DNA of 64,000 nucleotides from Patescibacteria group bacterium (GTDB lineage: Bacteria; Patescibacteriota; Patescibacteriia; Magasanikbacterales; JBBTQS01), in the NCBI GenBank assembly GCA_038065555.1, contig JBBTQS010000001.1, positions 741-64,740 on the forward strand, in the 5' to 3' direction. Under the pieces are notes generated by a model. That model searched no databases. It was given only the letters and a program-made list of their open reading frames with translations, and was not told the DNA's origin. Positions within the stretch are counted from its first letter, which is position 1. Every line of letters begins with the position of its first letter. The translations under genes and the position numbers were made by a program. Below are positions 1-8,717 of the stretch, in pieces.

Positions 1-19
1 TCACAAGTATCACGCCGCA

Positions 20-1195
20 TTGGCAATGTCGGTTCTTGCGGCGCTTACGCGCCCTGAGGGACACATCTTTGTTCTTGTGGCGGCGGTGGCTACAATCGGC
101 TTCGTATTCAGGCATCAGCGATTTGTAGTGGCGATTTGGTCATTGTTGAAGTATGCAATGATCCCGATCGCGGTACTCACGTCGTACCATGCATGGCGAT
201 GGTCCTACTACGGTGATTTGTTGCCGAATACGTACTATATTAAGTCATCTAGTGGTGGGCTGATGAGTATGGGATTCGATGATCTGTTCAAAGTTTTCGA
301 CTTACAGGCTTTCATCTGGTTTCCACTACTTTCGCTTTTTGCTGTGATGCTTGTCACTGTGCAGAGTCCGAGGATCGGGTTGCGACTGGGTGCTCATTGG
401 CTTCTGGGTCTGTTTTTCTTCGCTTACCTTGTCTGGGTTGGAGGGGATGAAATGGCTCATGGGCGGATGCTTTTGCCAGGTTTGGCTATCATGGCTGCGC
501 TTGCAGGTGTAGCAATTTGGCTCGTACTCACTCGAGTGAGTAAAGCGTGGATAGTGCCTATATTCTCTCTGATGTTCGTCGGCGTTGTTTGTGCTAGTTT
601 GTACGAGACTCGTCGCGTTAGTGCTGAGTATCGTACCTGGTACGAAGACATGAAGGCGAGTCAGGGCGCATTGTGTCAGGATTTGGCCATGGCGCTCCCC
701 AAGGGAGCGTTGGTGGCGTATCAGGACATGGGGTTTTGTCCATATATTACGGAAGACCGGCTCCGGTTCATTGACTATATTGGATTAGTGACTCGGCCTG
801 TTGCAATGCTTCGTCACAAACTCCAGATCCCCATGTTCGGTGTCGTTCCTATAGCAGGGCAGGACAGCGGCAGTCGACGGCAGCAGTTTTGGGGTCAGAT
901 GTGTGATCTGATTTTTCAACAAGAGCCGTCTGCTATTGCGCTTCTGCTACGAGTTGACCAGCCACGACGAGAGATCATGATGCAGCGTGACATGCTCTCG
1001 GCAACAGAGTTCAAAGACTGGATAATACGAAACACGGGCAGCTTCGGGTTCTCGCCAGGACTGCAGTGGGATACCCGGTTCCAAGAGTACGAGATACGTG
1101 GTGTTTTCCCGCGTGACCAAGGTGGGGGGCATATATACCTCGTTTCGTTCGTTAGGCGAACGCCAATCATTGCGCAGGTGGGTAACTCACTGTGA
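20..1195 (+). CDS. Integral membrane protein, GT-C-like putative glycosyltransferase (5'-partial; ORF open to window start)
   Basis: No in-frame stop between nt 2 and 20, so the gene likely begins upstream of the window. Several hydrophobic helices are followed by a soluble C-terminal domain. That C-terminal region (DMKASQ..ALV..DMGF..DRLRFIDYIGLVTRP) resembles the C-terminus of the 55070..56668 membrane protein (DMVATAY..ARIAAF..YVLNSDGLVSHD), suggesting paralogs. Confidence 0.55.
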   Translation: MAMSVLAALTRPEGHIFVLVAAVATIGFVFRHQRFVVAIWSLLKYAMIPIAVLTSYHAWRWSYYGDLLPNTYYIKSSSGGLMSMGFDDLFKVFDLQAFIWFPLLSLFAVMLVTVQSPRIGLRLGAHWLLGLFFFAYLVWVGGDEMAHGRMLLPGLAIMAALAGVAIWLVLTRVSKAWIVPIFSLMFVGVVCASLYETRRVSAEYRTWYEDMKASQGALCQDLAMALPKGALVAYQDMGFCPYITEDRLRFIDYIGLVTRPVAMLRHKLQIPMFGVVPIAGQDSGSRRQQFWGQMCDLIFQQEPSAIALLLRVDQPRREIMMQRDMLSATEFKDWIIRNTGSFGFSPGLQWDTRFQEYEIRGVFPRDQGGGHIYLVSFVRRTPIIAQVGNSL

Positions 1196-1249
1196 CGTAA
1201 TGTCTGATCGTTTGCTGCAAAACAGAAAGGCGCACACCTCGAACGGGGA

Positions 1250-4200
1250 TTGCGCTTTTCTTTTTTTGTAGAAAATAGAACCATTTTTCTCTGCCTGACT
1301 GTTAGTTTTTGTGGTATACTAATAGCGCACATTCGTGCACGTTTTTTGCCTGTGAATTCACCTTTGTATTCCGGCATTTCCAGAATTTTTGCCCGATCTC
1401 TGATCGTGTGGCGTAGTTTTCTTATTGTATCGTTGCTCATGTGGACGAGCGCGTTGTCGCTGTGGATTCCAGGTTGGTTGTCGCGGTATGCGTATAGTGC
1501 GGCGATTAGTTGGGATGGGGGTGGAAGTACAACAGACTGGAATACAGCAGCGAATTGGAATCCAGATGGTGTACCAACAAGTGCAGATGATGTGACGATT
1601 AGCACGAGTGCAACGGTGTCCTCGACTGCTGCGGTATCCTTCAATTCACTGACCATCGGGGATGGCGCGGGATCAGTGACGTCAACGGTGCGCATTGCAA
1701 CACTCACGTCAGGTGGAAGTCTCACCGTGCGCCAAGGTGGAGTGTTTGAGCAGGCAAGTAGTAGCTCGACGCTGAGTTTTACTGGAAATATTGAAGTGCA
1801 AAGTGGTGGATATTTGACGCACAAGTTCAACAGCAGTACGCACACCGCGTCACTCAATATTTCGGCAGCAGGACTCGATATCCAGAGTGGTGGAATTCTA
1901 GATGCATCGTCACGTGGGTACGGTCCAACAGGGTATCCGAGTTGTGGGTCTTCTGGGGGCGCTGGTGGCCCAGGTGGTGGAATGGCAAGTAGTACAAATA
2001 GTGACTTGGGAACCTCTGGTGGTGGGTACGGTGGAGAAGGGGGTCATGGTAACACCAGTGGTATTAATTATTTGGCAGGCGGAACTGGGTATGGCTCGGC
2101 AAAAGCACCTGTTGATTTGGGTTCTTCGGGTGCAAATTCGAATGCTGGTGATAGCCGAGCCTGCGGTGGACGTGGTGGTGGCGCAGTCAAATTTACTATT
2201 ACTGGCGGTGGCACTGCCACTATTAATGGATTAGTTCGAGTCAATGGAGAGGTGGGAAGAGATTTTTCCTCATTCTATTCAGCTGGCGCTGGTTCTGCTG
2301 GTTCGGTTTGGATTGATTTTGCAGCAGGTGGAACATTCGCTGGGGCTGGAACAATTCAGGCAATTGGTGGAACAGGTGGTGGTGCAGGATATACACATGC
2401 GGGTGGTGGTGGAGGTGGCGGGCGTATCGCAATCACAGGGCACACCACCAAAACGTTCTCGGGTACCATGTCGTACTACGGAGGTACACGCGGCGATGGT
2501 GGATCAGCGACCGCCTATTACGGTGGACCTGGTACGCGATTTGAGAAGCTTTCGAGTGAAACAAATGGTAGGTTGTATTCGGATGGAAATAGTTTGAATG
2601 CGAGAGCACGAAGAGCAATCATCACGTCTGACAGTGCGTTGACGTTCGATGATATCTATCTCACTGCGAGTACGACGCTTGCGATCACAACCACAACGGC
2701 CGTGACTATTACGTCTACGACGTTGGGGTATTCCACTCCAACGTCGACTCTCGAAGTACTAGGAACGCTTGCGTTGCCGTCTTCGTTCACTGTTCCTGTG
2801 TTCAATACGTTCATTGCATCTTCGACGGGTATTAGTGGTGTGACAGATTTGCGAGTGAACGGTCAAATGGTTCTGAAGAACACGTCTACTTCGACAGCGC
2901 TGTCACTCACATCGCTCTACGTCGCTGGTGAGATGACACACTCGTTTGCGTCATCTACAAATACGTATTCAACACTGACGATCAGTGCTGTGTCGTCTAC
3001 GATCACAGGGCGATTGGGCGCAGACAACGTAGGATACATCGGTGGACGCAATGGAACATCAAATGGTGTGGGGTTAGGCGGTGGTACGTATGGATCGGAT
3101 TGGTATGGTGGCGGTGGTGCGTATGGTGGAACCGGTGGAACTGGAGGGGGTACTGGCGCTACGGGTGGAACCTCAAATGGTTCATCGACAACACCGCACT
3201 ATAGCGCTGGCTCAGGTGGTGCGAGTGGTCTCATTTCTGAGATTACTGGTGGTAATGGTGGTGGTATTGTGTATTTGACGACGAGCGCGACAACGACAAT
3301 TGCAAGCACAGGCTACATTAGCGCAAACGGTGGCGCAGGAACACATGGATGTGGTGGAACTGCGGGTGCAAGTGGTGGTGGATCAGGTGGTGGTGTGTAC
3401 TTGAATGTTGGCGGACTTGCGGGAAGTGGTGTGATCAGCGCTAACGGAGGTGCAGCAGGATCTAACGATGGGTCATGTTATGGAGGTACAGGTGGTGGTG
3501 GTCGTATTATGATCAGCGCTGGGTATTCTGCATTTTCTGGAACGGTAACAACCTCGCCTGGTGTGAACGCGGTTGCGACGCCCAATCGTGGTGGTGTTGG
3601 CTCGATTGTTTGGGCACCATCGGCACCATCGACGTTGTATGTGAATGCGACCAATGCGCAGGGGAGTTCGGTATCGTCATTGGTGTCATCAACGGCACCA
3701 CATTTCTCGGCGATTTTCGTTGATAGCGACACGAGCGATTCTGCAACAAAGGCGCGAATTCAAGTGAGCACTGTCTCAACATTCTTGAGCACATTGTGGG
3801 ATTCTGGGGCAGGTGGAACGACGATTACAACGTGTGCGAAGGATGCGCGATGTCAGGATTTGGTGTATGGATCATTTGGATCTGCGCCAACAGCACTCGC
3901 GCTCAATGATGACGTGGACGAGAATACACAGACCTCGTACTATTGGCGACTTAAATATTATGATGCGGCAGGTGCTGAGGGTGCGTATTCTGCGACAAAT
4001 AGCTTCACACTCCTCGACGCACCTAACGAGCCAACGACGCTCGTGACTTCGTCTGTTGCTACAACAGAGATTGGACTGACATGGGTAGATAATTCGTCGA
4101 TTGAGGACAACTATATTGTCGACTCTTCAACCGATGGTGTGACGTTCACAACATTCGCAACGTCGTCTGCCAACACGACCAGTGCAACGGTGACGGGACT

Positions 4201-7200
4201 CTCCGCGAATGTGCAATATACGTTCCGTGTTCGTGCGTATAATGTGGCGGGATATTCGGCAAATGCTACGTCATCTGCGGTGTACACATCGGCTGCTGTT
4301 CCAACGTCGCTCACTGCATCGGCAAATGGGAGTACGGGTGCTGTGTTGAGTTGGGGTTCCAATGGCAATGGTCCTTCGACTTCGTATCAAATTGAGAATG
4401 TCACAACAGCAGCGACTGTCTCGGGGATTTCAGTAACAAGTTATTCTGTGACTGGACTCTCGCCGGCAACAACATATGCATTCCGAGTGCGCGCGATCAA
4501 CGGTGATAACCAAGCATCTGCGTACACCGCAGAAGTAACGGTGACAACGGCTTCGGCGGGTGGCGCTGCAAATGGCGGGAGTGTGCCACCAACGAATTTG
4601 TCGTCTGCGATTGTTATCAACGATGAAGCTGCAACAACAACCAAGCGTCTGGTCAAAATTCGTGTGATCGATGCAAAGGCGTCTGAGGTTGCGCTGTCAA
4701 ACACAGGGGATTGGTCCAAGTCTGTGTGGATGCCCATTGCACAAGATCGAACAGTCTCATGGGAATTGTCTGCAGAGAGCGGGCTGAAGACTGTCTATGC
4801 GCGCGCGCAGACGCCAACAGGATTTGTCGGAGCAACAGAGACGGCGACGATCTTCCTCAATGAACTCTTGCCGCCAGATTATCGCCTGATCAATATCAAG
4901 GATGGCGATACGATTCCGATGAACTTGTCTGATCCATTCAAGCCGTCGTATCACCGATTGGATGTGACTGGTAAGGGATTATATGCAGGGTTCCCAGCAA
5001 CCCTGACGTTGGCGTATCTGCCGACTACTGGGTTGAATGCGGGGCGTGAGCTCGTGAAGACTCCGAAGGCGATTCCAATTGGGCCTGTCACGTTTGCAAA
5101 TAGTACATGGTCGATGCCTCAGTTGAATATTGGGTTGCCAGGAAATTACTGGTTGAAGATCGAAGCACGTGATGAGAAGACAGGTGAGATTGTACAGACG
5201 GTGAAATACAACTTCACCTTGGTGCCTGGTGGGTATGGGACAAGCGGTGACTACGTGAGTATTAACAACGAAAAGACGTTGTCTAATTCACGAGTGTTGC
5301 CAATCTATGCGTCGGTTCTGAATGCGAAGTCGTTCTGGGTTGCGTATGGATTTGAATTCCAGAACCCGATATACAATCCGGATAATCGCAAGTATGACGC
5401 CATGCCGTGGGATGGATCGATCACGGTTCCGTATGATGGGCAGCATACGATCGGATTCCGCGCGTTCAACCAAGTTGGCGAAGAAATCTACAAGCGCACA
5501 TTCTCCGTGTATGTAGACACGCAGCCACCAGCTCCACCGCAGCTGTCATTGAAGGTACAGAACAAAGACTTGCTAATCTCTGGTCAGGCGGAACCGCTTT
5601 CTACAGTCTTGTTGACCAAGGGATTCACACCTGCAGATTCGACTGCGATTCTTCCTACGACTGCAGCGTGGAGGTATAGCGCAACTGACGCGCCGATCTC
5701 TATTCCTGTTGGCACGAGTGGTCTCTGGTCGTATACATTCAAGGATCAACCGGTCGGATCATACCAATTTGTTGCAAGAGTGATAGACGACGCAGGGAAC
5801 ACAGGGGATCCTGCAGCAGTCTACACGATTCTTCGTGACGAACTTCCTCAGCCAGAGAACCTGGTTGCTGTGTCTATCGCGATTGATGGAGGTGCAATGT
5901 CTACATCCAAGAAGGAAGTGGTGCTCACCGTGAAGGCAACGGGTGCAACGCACATGCAGGTTGTGAACGGATTCTCGTTTGCGCAGAGTGCGTGGGTGCC
6001 GTATGTCACGTCGTATGCATGGAATCTAGCGCCGATTGCAGGGAGTCAGGATCGAACGGTGTGTGTGCGATTTCGCAATGCCGCGGGGCAAGTCACGGAT
6101 CCGATTTGCGACAGTATTTATGCGATGGATGATGGAGCGCCAAGAATTGTCTCGTTCAAGGTTACAAGTGGTGCCACAACAAAGTCTCGTACTGTGAATA
6201 TTCGTGTCGAGGTAGCCAACGCAGATACCTATTATTTGAGCAACACATTGGGCGCAAATCAGGGAATTCTTTATCCTGCGAAGACGAAGGATGTTAGCTG
6301 GTTGCTCACCAGTGGCTATGGAGTGAAGAAGGTAAATCTGTGGGCAGTGGGGAAGGGTGGAATTGGTGCTGCTGCGAAGTCTACGGTTACTGTCTTGTAT
6401 GCTTCGGGAGAGAGCGAGCCTGAACAGCCTGTTGATGAGCCTGCAAAACCAGACAAGCCAGCTGATGACAAACCAACAGATGATCCAAGTAAGCCAGGGG
6501 ACGAACCTGCGCAGCCAGATGATACGCCGGCGCAACCTGGGGATGATGGAGATGGCGAACCTGTTGATGGTCCAGCAGATGGAGATGCTGATAACGATGG
6601 TATTCCTGATAGTCAGGATCCTGATGCGGCGGGTGGGGATGATAGTGCTGGCGGTGATACTGCAGGTTCTGATGATTTCACTGGTCCTAATGGCGAACCA
6701 TTGACTCCCGAAGAGCAGGCAGCTGCAGCAGCGGCAGCAGCTGCGTCTCGTGCAGCAGGTGGTAGTCTCGAGGATCAGTTGGCAGCGGCAGCGCGAGCCG
6801 TTGCGCAATTGCGAGCACAAAAGACGCAGGCTCAAGAGTCAGTACCTGCGCAGATTGCACGCAGAACCAGAGAAGTGGCTCGCACTGCATTTGCAGGTGT
6901 AGCAACTGTCTCGCGCGAAACCGTTGCGATTGTGAGTGAGTTCGTGGACAATCCGACAGTTGAAGTTGCAACCGAACAAGTAGTTGCGCCAACTGCTGCA
7001 GTTGTCGCTGTTGCCAACGCTGCCGTCGCGGTTGCAGCAACCGGGTCGCTGCCTGCGTACTTGTACTTCATCTTCACGCAGCCATTCTTCTTGCTGCGCC
7101 GTCGCCGACGCGAAGGATGGGGTGTGGTGTATAACGCAGGTACCAAGTTGCCTGTTGATTTGGCACTCGTACGTCTGGTTGATGCCAACTCTGGACGCAT

Positions 7201-8029
7201 CGTGCAGACGCGCGTCAGTGATGTGCAAGGACGTTTTGCCTTCTTCGCTGCACCAGGACGATATCGCATTGAGGTGCGCAAGCCCAAGTTCGCATTCCCA
7301 GTTCCAGCGCTTGAAGGACGTCGTGAGGATGGAGCATTTGCAGCACTCTATCACGGTGAAATCATCGAAGTTGCTGGCGTTCCTGTGTATCTCACACCAT
7401 CAATTCCACTTGATCCAGAGGAAGATCGCCGTACTCCAGATATGATTGATCGCGCGCGAGTGAAGGGTGTGCTGCACAATGTTGTTTCGTTGGGTGGTGC
7501 GGTCGTAGCACTCGTGTCGCTTGTGATTTCGCCATCGTGGATTGTTGGCGGTGCGCTCGTGCTTCACGTTGGATCAACGTACCTGTTCCGTCGACTTGCG
7601 AAACGTCGCACAGCAACCGAGTGGGGAGTGGTGCAAAAATCTGGAGAGAAGAAGCATCCGCTGCAAAAGGCGATTGTGCGATTGTTCGATGCGCAGTACA
7701 ACAAGTTGCTCGAGACACAAGTGACAACGTCCGATGGTAAATATGCATTCCTCGTAGGTCCAAGTTCGTTCTATGTGACGTATGAGAAGATGGGATTTGA
7801 GAAGAAGAAAACTGAGATTATTGAGGTGACAAAATCGCAGGATGTTATTGCACGACTTGAAGTACTTGACGCAGCAGGAACCGCAGCTCCGACTGCTCCT
7901 CCTGTTGCGACTGACTCGTCAGCTGAGCCAGTGCAAGCTGCGTCTGCAACTCCTGCATTACACCTCGCAGCAGACACTTCTGCGGCTGCAATGCGTGATC
8001 GTGCGCTCTACGGAGAGAGGGATTCATAG
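1250..8029 (+). CDS. Giant (about 2259 aa) cell-surface protein: PATR-like N-terminal repeat, Gly-rich repeat region, FN3 domains, acidic Pro/Asp linker, internal TM+Arg cluster, two CarboxypepD_reg-like domains
   Basis: One uninterrupted frame. The N-terminus carries a W-x-GGG-x-W-NW-PxxDDV motif, as in autotransporter-associated beta-strand repeats. Long GGxGGxG tracts follow. FN3-like modules are present (LTWVDNS..YTFRVRAYN; LSWGSNG..YAFRVRAIN). An EPEQPVDEPAKPDKPADDKPTDDP acidic linker follows. An Ala-rich segment leads into a hydrophobic helix followed by LLRRRRRE. After that come two Cna-B/CarboxypepD_reg-like modules (VYNAGTKLPVDLALVRLVD..GRFAFFAAPGRYRIEV; VQKSGEKKHPLQKAIVRLFD..GKYAFLVGPSSFYVTYEK) separated by two TM helices. 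The true start is uncertain: 1250 is TTG; in-frame GTG at 1406 or ATG at 1439 are alternatives, and an extended -10-like TGgTATACT lies at 1312-1320. Confidence 0.85.
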   Translation: MRFSFFVENRTIFLCLTVSFCGILIAHIRARFLPVNSPLYSGISRIFARSLIVWRSFLIVSLLMWTSALSLWIPGWLSRYAYSAAISWDGGGSTTDWNTAANWNPDGVPTSADDVTISTSATVSSTAAVSFNSLTIGDGAGSVTSTVRIATLTSGGSLTVRQGGVFEQASSSSTLSFTGNIEVQSGGYLTHKFNSSTHTASLNISAAGLDIQSGGILDASSRGYGPTGYPSCGSSGGAGGPGGGMASSTNSDLGTSGGGYGGEGGHGNTSGINYLAGGTGYGSAKAPVDLGSSGANSNAGDSRACGGRGGGAVKFTITGGGTATINGLVRVNGEVGRDFSSFYSAGAGSAGSVWIDFAAGGTFAGAGTIQAIGGTGGGAGYTHAGGGGGGGRIAITGHTTKTFSGTMSYYGGTRGDGGSATAYYGGPGTRFEKLSSETNGRLYSDGNSLNARARRAIITSDSALTFDDIYLTASTTLAITTTTAVTITSTTLGYSTPTSTLEVLGTLALPSSFTVPVFNTFIASSTGISGVTDLRVNGQMVLKNTSTSTALSLTSLYVAGEMTHSFASSTNTYSTLTISAVSSTITGRLGADNVGYIGGRNGTSNGVGLGGGTYGSDWYGGGGAYGGTGGTGGGTGATGGTSNGSSTTPHYSAGSGGASGLISEITGGNGGGIVYLTTSATTTIASTGYISANGGAGTHGCGGTAGASGGGSGGGVYLNVGGLAGSGVISANGGAAGSNDGSCYGGTGGGGRIMISAGYSAFSGTVTTSPGVNAVATPNRGGVGSIVWAPSAPSTLYVNATNAQGSSVSSLVSSTAPHFSAIFVDSDTSDSATKARIQVSTVSTFLSTLWDSGAGGTTITTCAKDARCQDLVYGSFGSAPTALALNDDVDENTQTSYYWRLKYYDAAGAEGAYSATNSFTLLDAPNEPTTLVTSSVATTEIGLTWVDNSSIEDNYIVDSSTDGVTFTTFATSSANTTSATVTGLSANVQYTFRVRAYNVAGYSANATSSAVYTSAAVPTSLTASANGSTGAVLSWGSNGNGPSTSYQIENVTTAATVSGISVTSYSVTGLSPATTYAFRVRAINGDNQASAYTAEVTVTTASAGGAANGGSVPPTNLSSAIVINDEAATTTKRLVKIRVIDAKASEVALSNTGDWSKSVWMPIAQDRTVSWELSAESGLKTVYARAQTPTGFVGATETATIFLNELLPPDYRLINIKDGDTIPMNLSDPFKPSYHRLDVTGKGLYAGFPATLTLAYLPTTGLNAGRELVKTPKAIPIGPVTFANSTWSMPQLNIGLPGNYWLKIEARDEKTGEIVQTVKYNFTLVPGGYGTSGDYVSINNEKTLSNSRVLPIYASVLNAKSFWVAYGFEFQNPIYNPDNRKYDAMPWDGSITVPYDGQHTIGFRAFNQVGEEIYKRTFSVYVDTQPPAPPQLSLKVQNKDLLISGQAEPLSTVLLTKGFTPADSTAILPTTAAWRYSATDAPISIPVGTSGLWSYTFKDQPVGSYQFVARVIDDAGNTGDPAAVYTILRDELPQPENLVAVSIAIDGGAMSTSKKEVVLTVKATGATHMQVVNGFSFAQSAWVPYVTSYAWNLAPIAGSQDRTVCVRFRNAAGQVTDPICDSIYAMDDGAPRIVSFKVTSGATTKSRTVNIRVEVANADTYYLSNTLGANQGILYPAKTKDVSWLLTSGYGVKKVNLWAVGKGGIGAAAKSTVTVLYASGESEPEQPVDEPAKPDKPADDKPTDDPSKPGDEPAQPDDTPAQPGDDGDGEPVDGPADGDADNDGIPDSQDPDAAGGDDSAGGDTAGSDDFTGPNGEPLTPEEQAAAAAAAAASRAAGGSLEDQLAAAARAVAQLRAQKTQAQESVPAQIARRTREVARTAFAGVATVSRETVAIVSEFVDNPTVEVATEQVVAPTAAVVAVANAAVAVAATGSLPAYLYFIFTQPFFLLRRRRREGWGVVYNAGTKLPVDLALVRLVDANSGRIVQTRVSDVQGRFAFFAAPGRYRIEVRKPKFAFPVPALEGRREDGAFAALYHGEIIEVAGVPVYLTPSIPLDPEEDRRTPDMIDRARVKGVLHNVVSLGGAVVALVSLVISPSWIVGGALVLHVGSTYLFRRLAKRRTATEWGVVQKSGEKKHPLQKAIVRLFDAQYNKLLETQVTTSDGKYAFLVGPSSFYVTYEKMGFEKKKTEIIEVTKSQDVIARLEVLDAAGTAAPTAPPVATDSSAEPVQAASATPALHLAADTSAAAMRDRALYGERDS
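1312..1320 (+). promoter_or_regulatory. Extended -10-like element (TGgTATACT) inside the maximal ORF of the giant gene
   Basis: Sequence gtgGTATACT with a TG dinucleotide one nt upstream of TATACT. If functional, the giant gene would start at GTG 1406 or ATG 1439 rather than TTG 1250. Confidence 0.25.
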
Positions 8030-8099
8030 CGTGTTTGGCGGGTGGACAGAGGAGCTTTCGGATGCTATACTGGCTTGCAGCATTGTAGTCGCCATCATT

Positions 8100-8708
8100 A
8101 TGGATGAACAGAAACCATACACTCCTTACGAGCCTCCGCAGAGCCCCAATGGCGCTGCTGCGAGAATTGTGATTACCGAGCTCATTAAGATTGTCTGTGT
8201 AGTCGCAATTGTCGTGTGGTTGGTACAGTATTTCCTCTTCCGACCTTTCACCGTGAAGGGCGCGAGCATGGAGCCTAATTACGAGACGCGACAGTATTTG
8301 ATTATTGACAAGGTGACGTATCGATTCAACGAGCCACAGCGTGGAGATGTGGTTGTCTTGCGTCATAACGAGGACATTCGTGAGTATTTCCTCAAGCGTG
8401 TTGTCGCACTTCCTGGCGAGCGCATTCGTATTCAGCATGGCAAGGTGACAATCTACGATGGTGCACACCCTGATGGGGTGATTCTTGATGAACATGCATA
8501 CTTGGATCCGGCGATCTCGACCAATGGCGAGCTCATTATGACCATGGGGTCAGATGAATATTTTGTCCTGGGCGACAATCGTCCCGTGAGTCAGGACTCT
8601 CGTATTATTGGTCCGGTCAAACGCGCAGATATTATTGGACGTGTATGGCTTCGCGGATGGCCGCTTGACAAATTCGGTCGAATTGACCACCCTCTCTATA
8701 ACTTTTAA
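8100..8708 (+). CDS. lepB: Signal peptidase I (S26 family)
   Basis: One N-terminal TM segment (IVCVVAIVVWLVQYFLF). Contains the catalytic Ser motif GASMEP and the GDNR box, plus RIIGPV. The annotated ORF 7842.. begins with a TTG-started leader overlapping the end of the giant gene; the first ATG after the giant gene's stop is at 8100. Confidence 0.85.
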   Translation: MDEQKPYTPYEPPQSPNGAAARIVITELIKIVCVVAIVVWLVQYFLFRPFTVKGASMEPNYETRQYLIIDKVTYRFNEPQRGDVVVLRHNEDIREYFLKRVVALPGERIRIQHGKVTIYDGAHPDGVILDEHAYLDPAISTNGELIMTMGSDEYFVLGDNRPVSQDSRIIGPVKRADIIGRVWLRGWPLDKFGRIDHPLYNF

Positions 8709-8717
8709 TTGACTCGC

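Noticed and set aside
916-1857. 313-aa minus-strand ORF overlapping the end of the first gene and the start of the giant gene
   Set aside because: It is antisense to two well-supported genes, has no start context and no motif. It is a typical shadow ORF.
1900-3700. Possible collagen-like or CRISPR-like periodicity in the Gly-rich region of the giant gene
   Set aside because: The repeats are imperfect GGxGGxG protein-coding repeats within one long ORF. There is no repeat-spacer structure, and they do not follow a Gly-X-Y collagen triplet pattern.
6026-7445. Several 100-270-aa ORFs on both strands inside the giant gene (Cys/Arg-rich translations)
   Set aside because: They are alternative frames of the acidic/Ala-rich linker region of the 2259-aa protein. 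Their composition is a low-complexity artefact.
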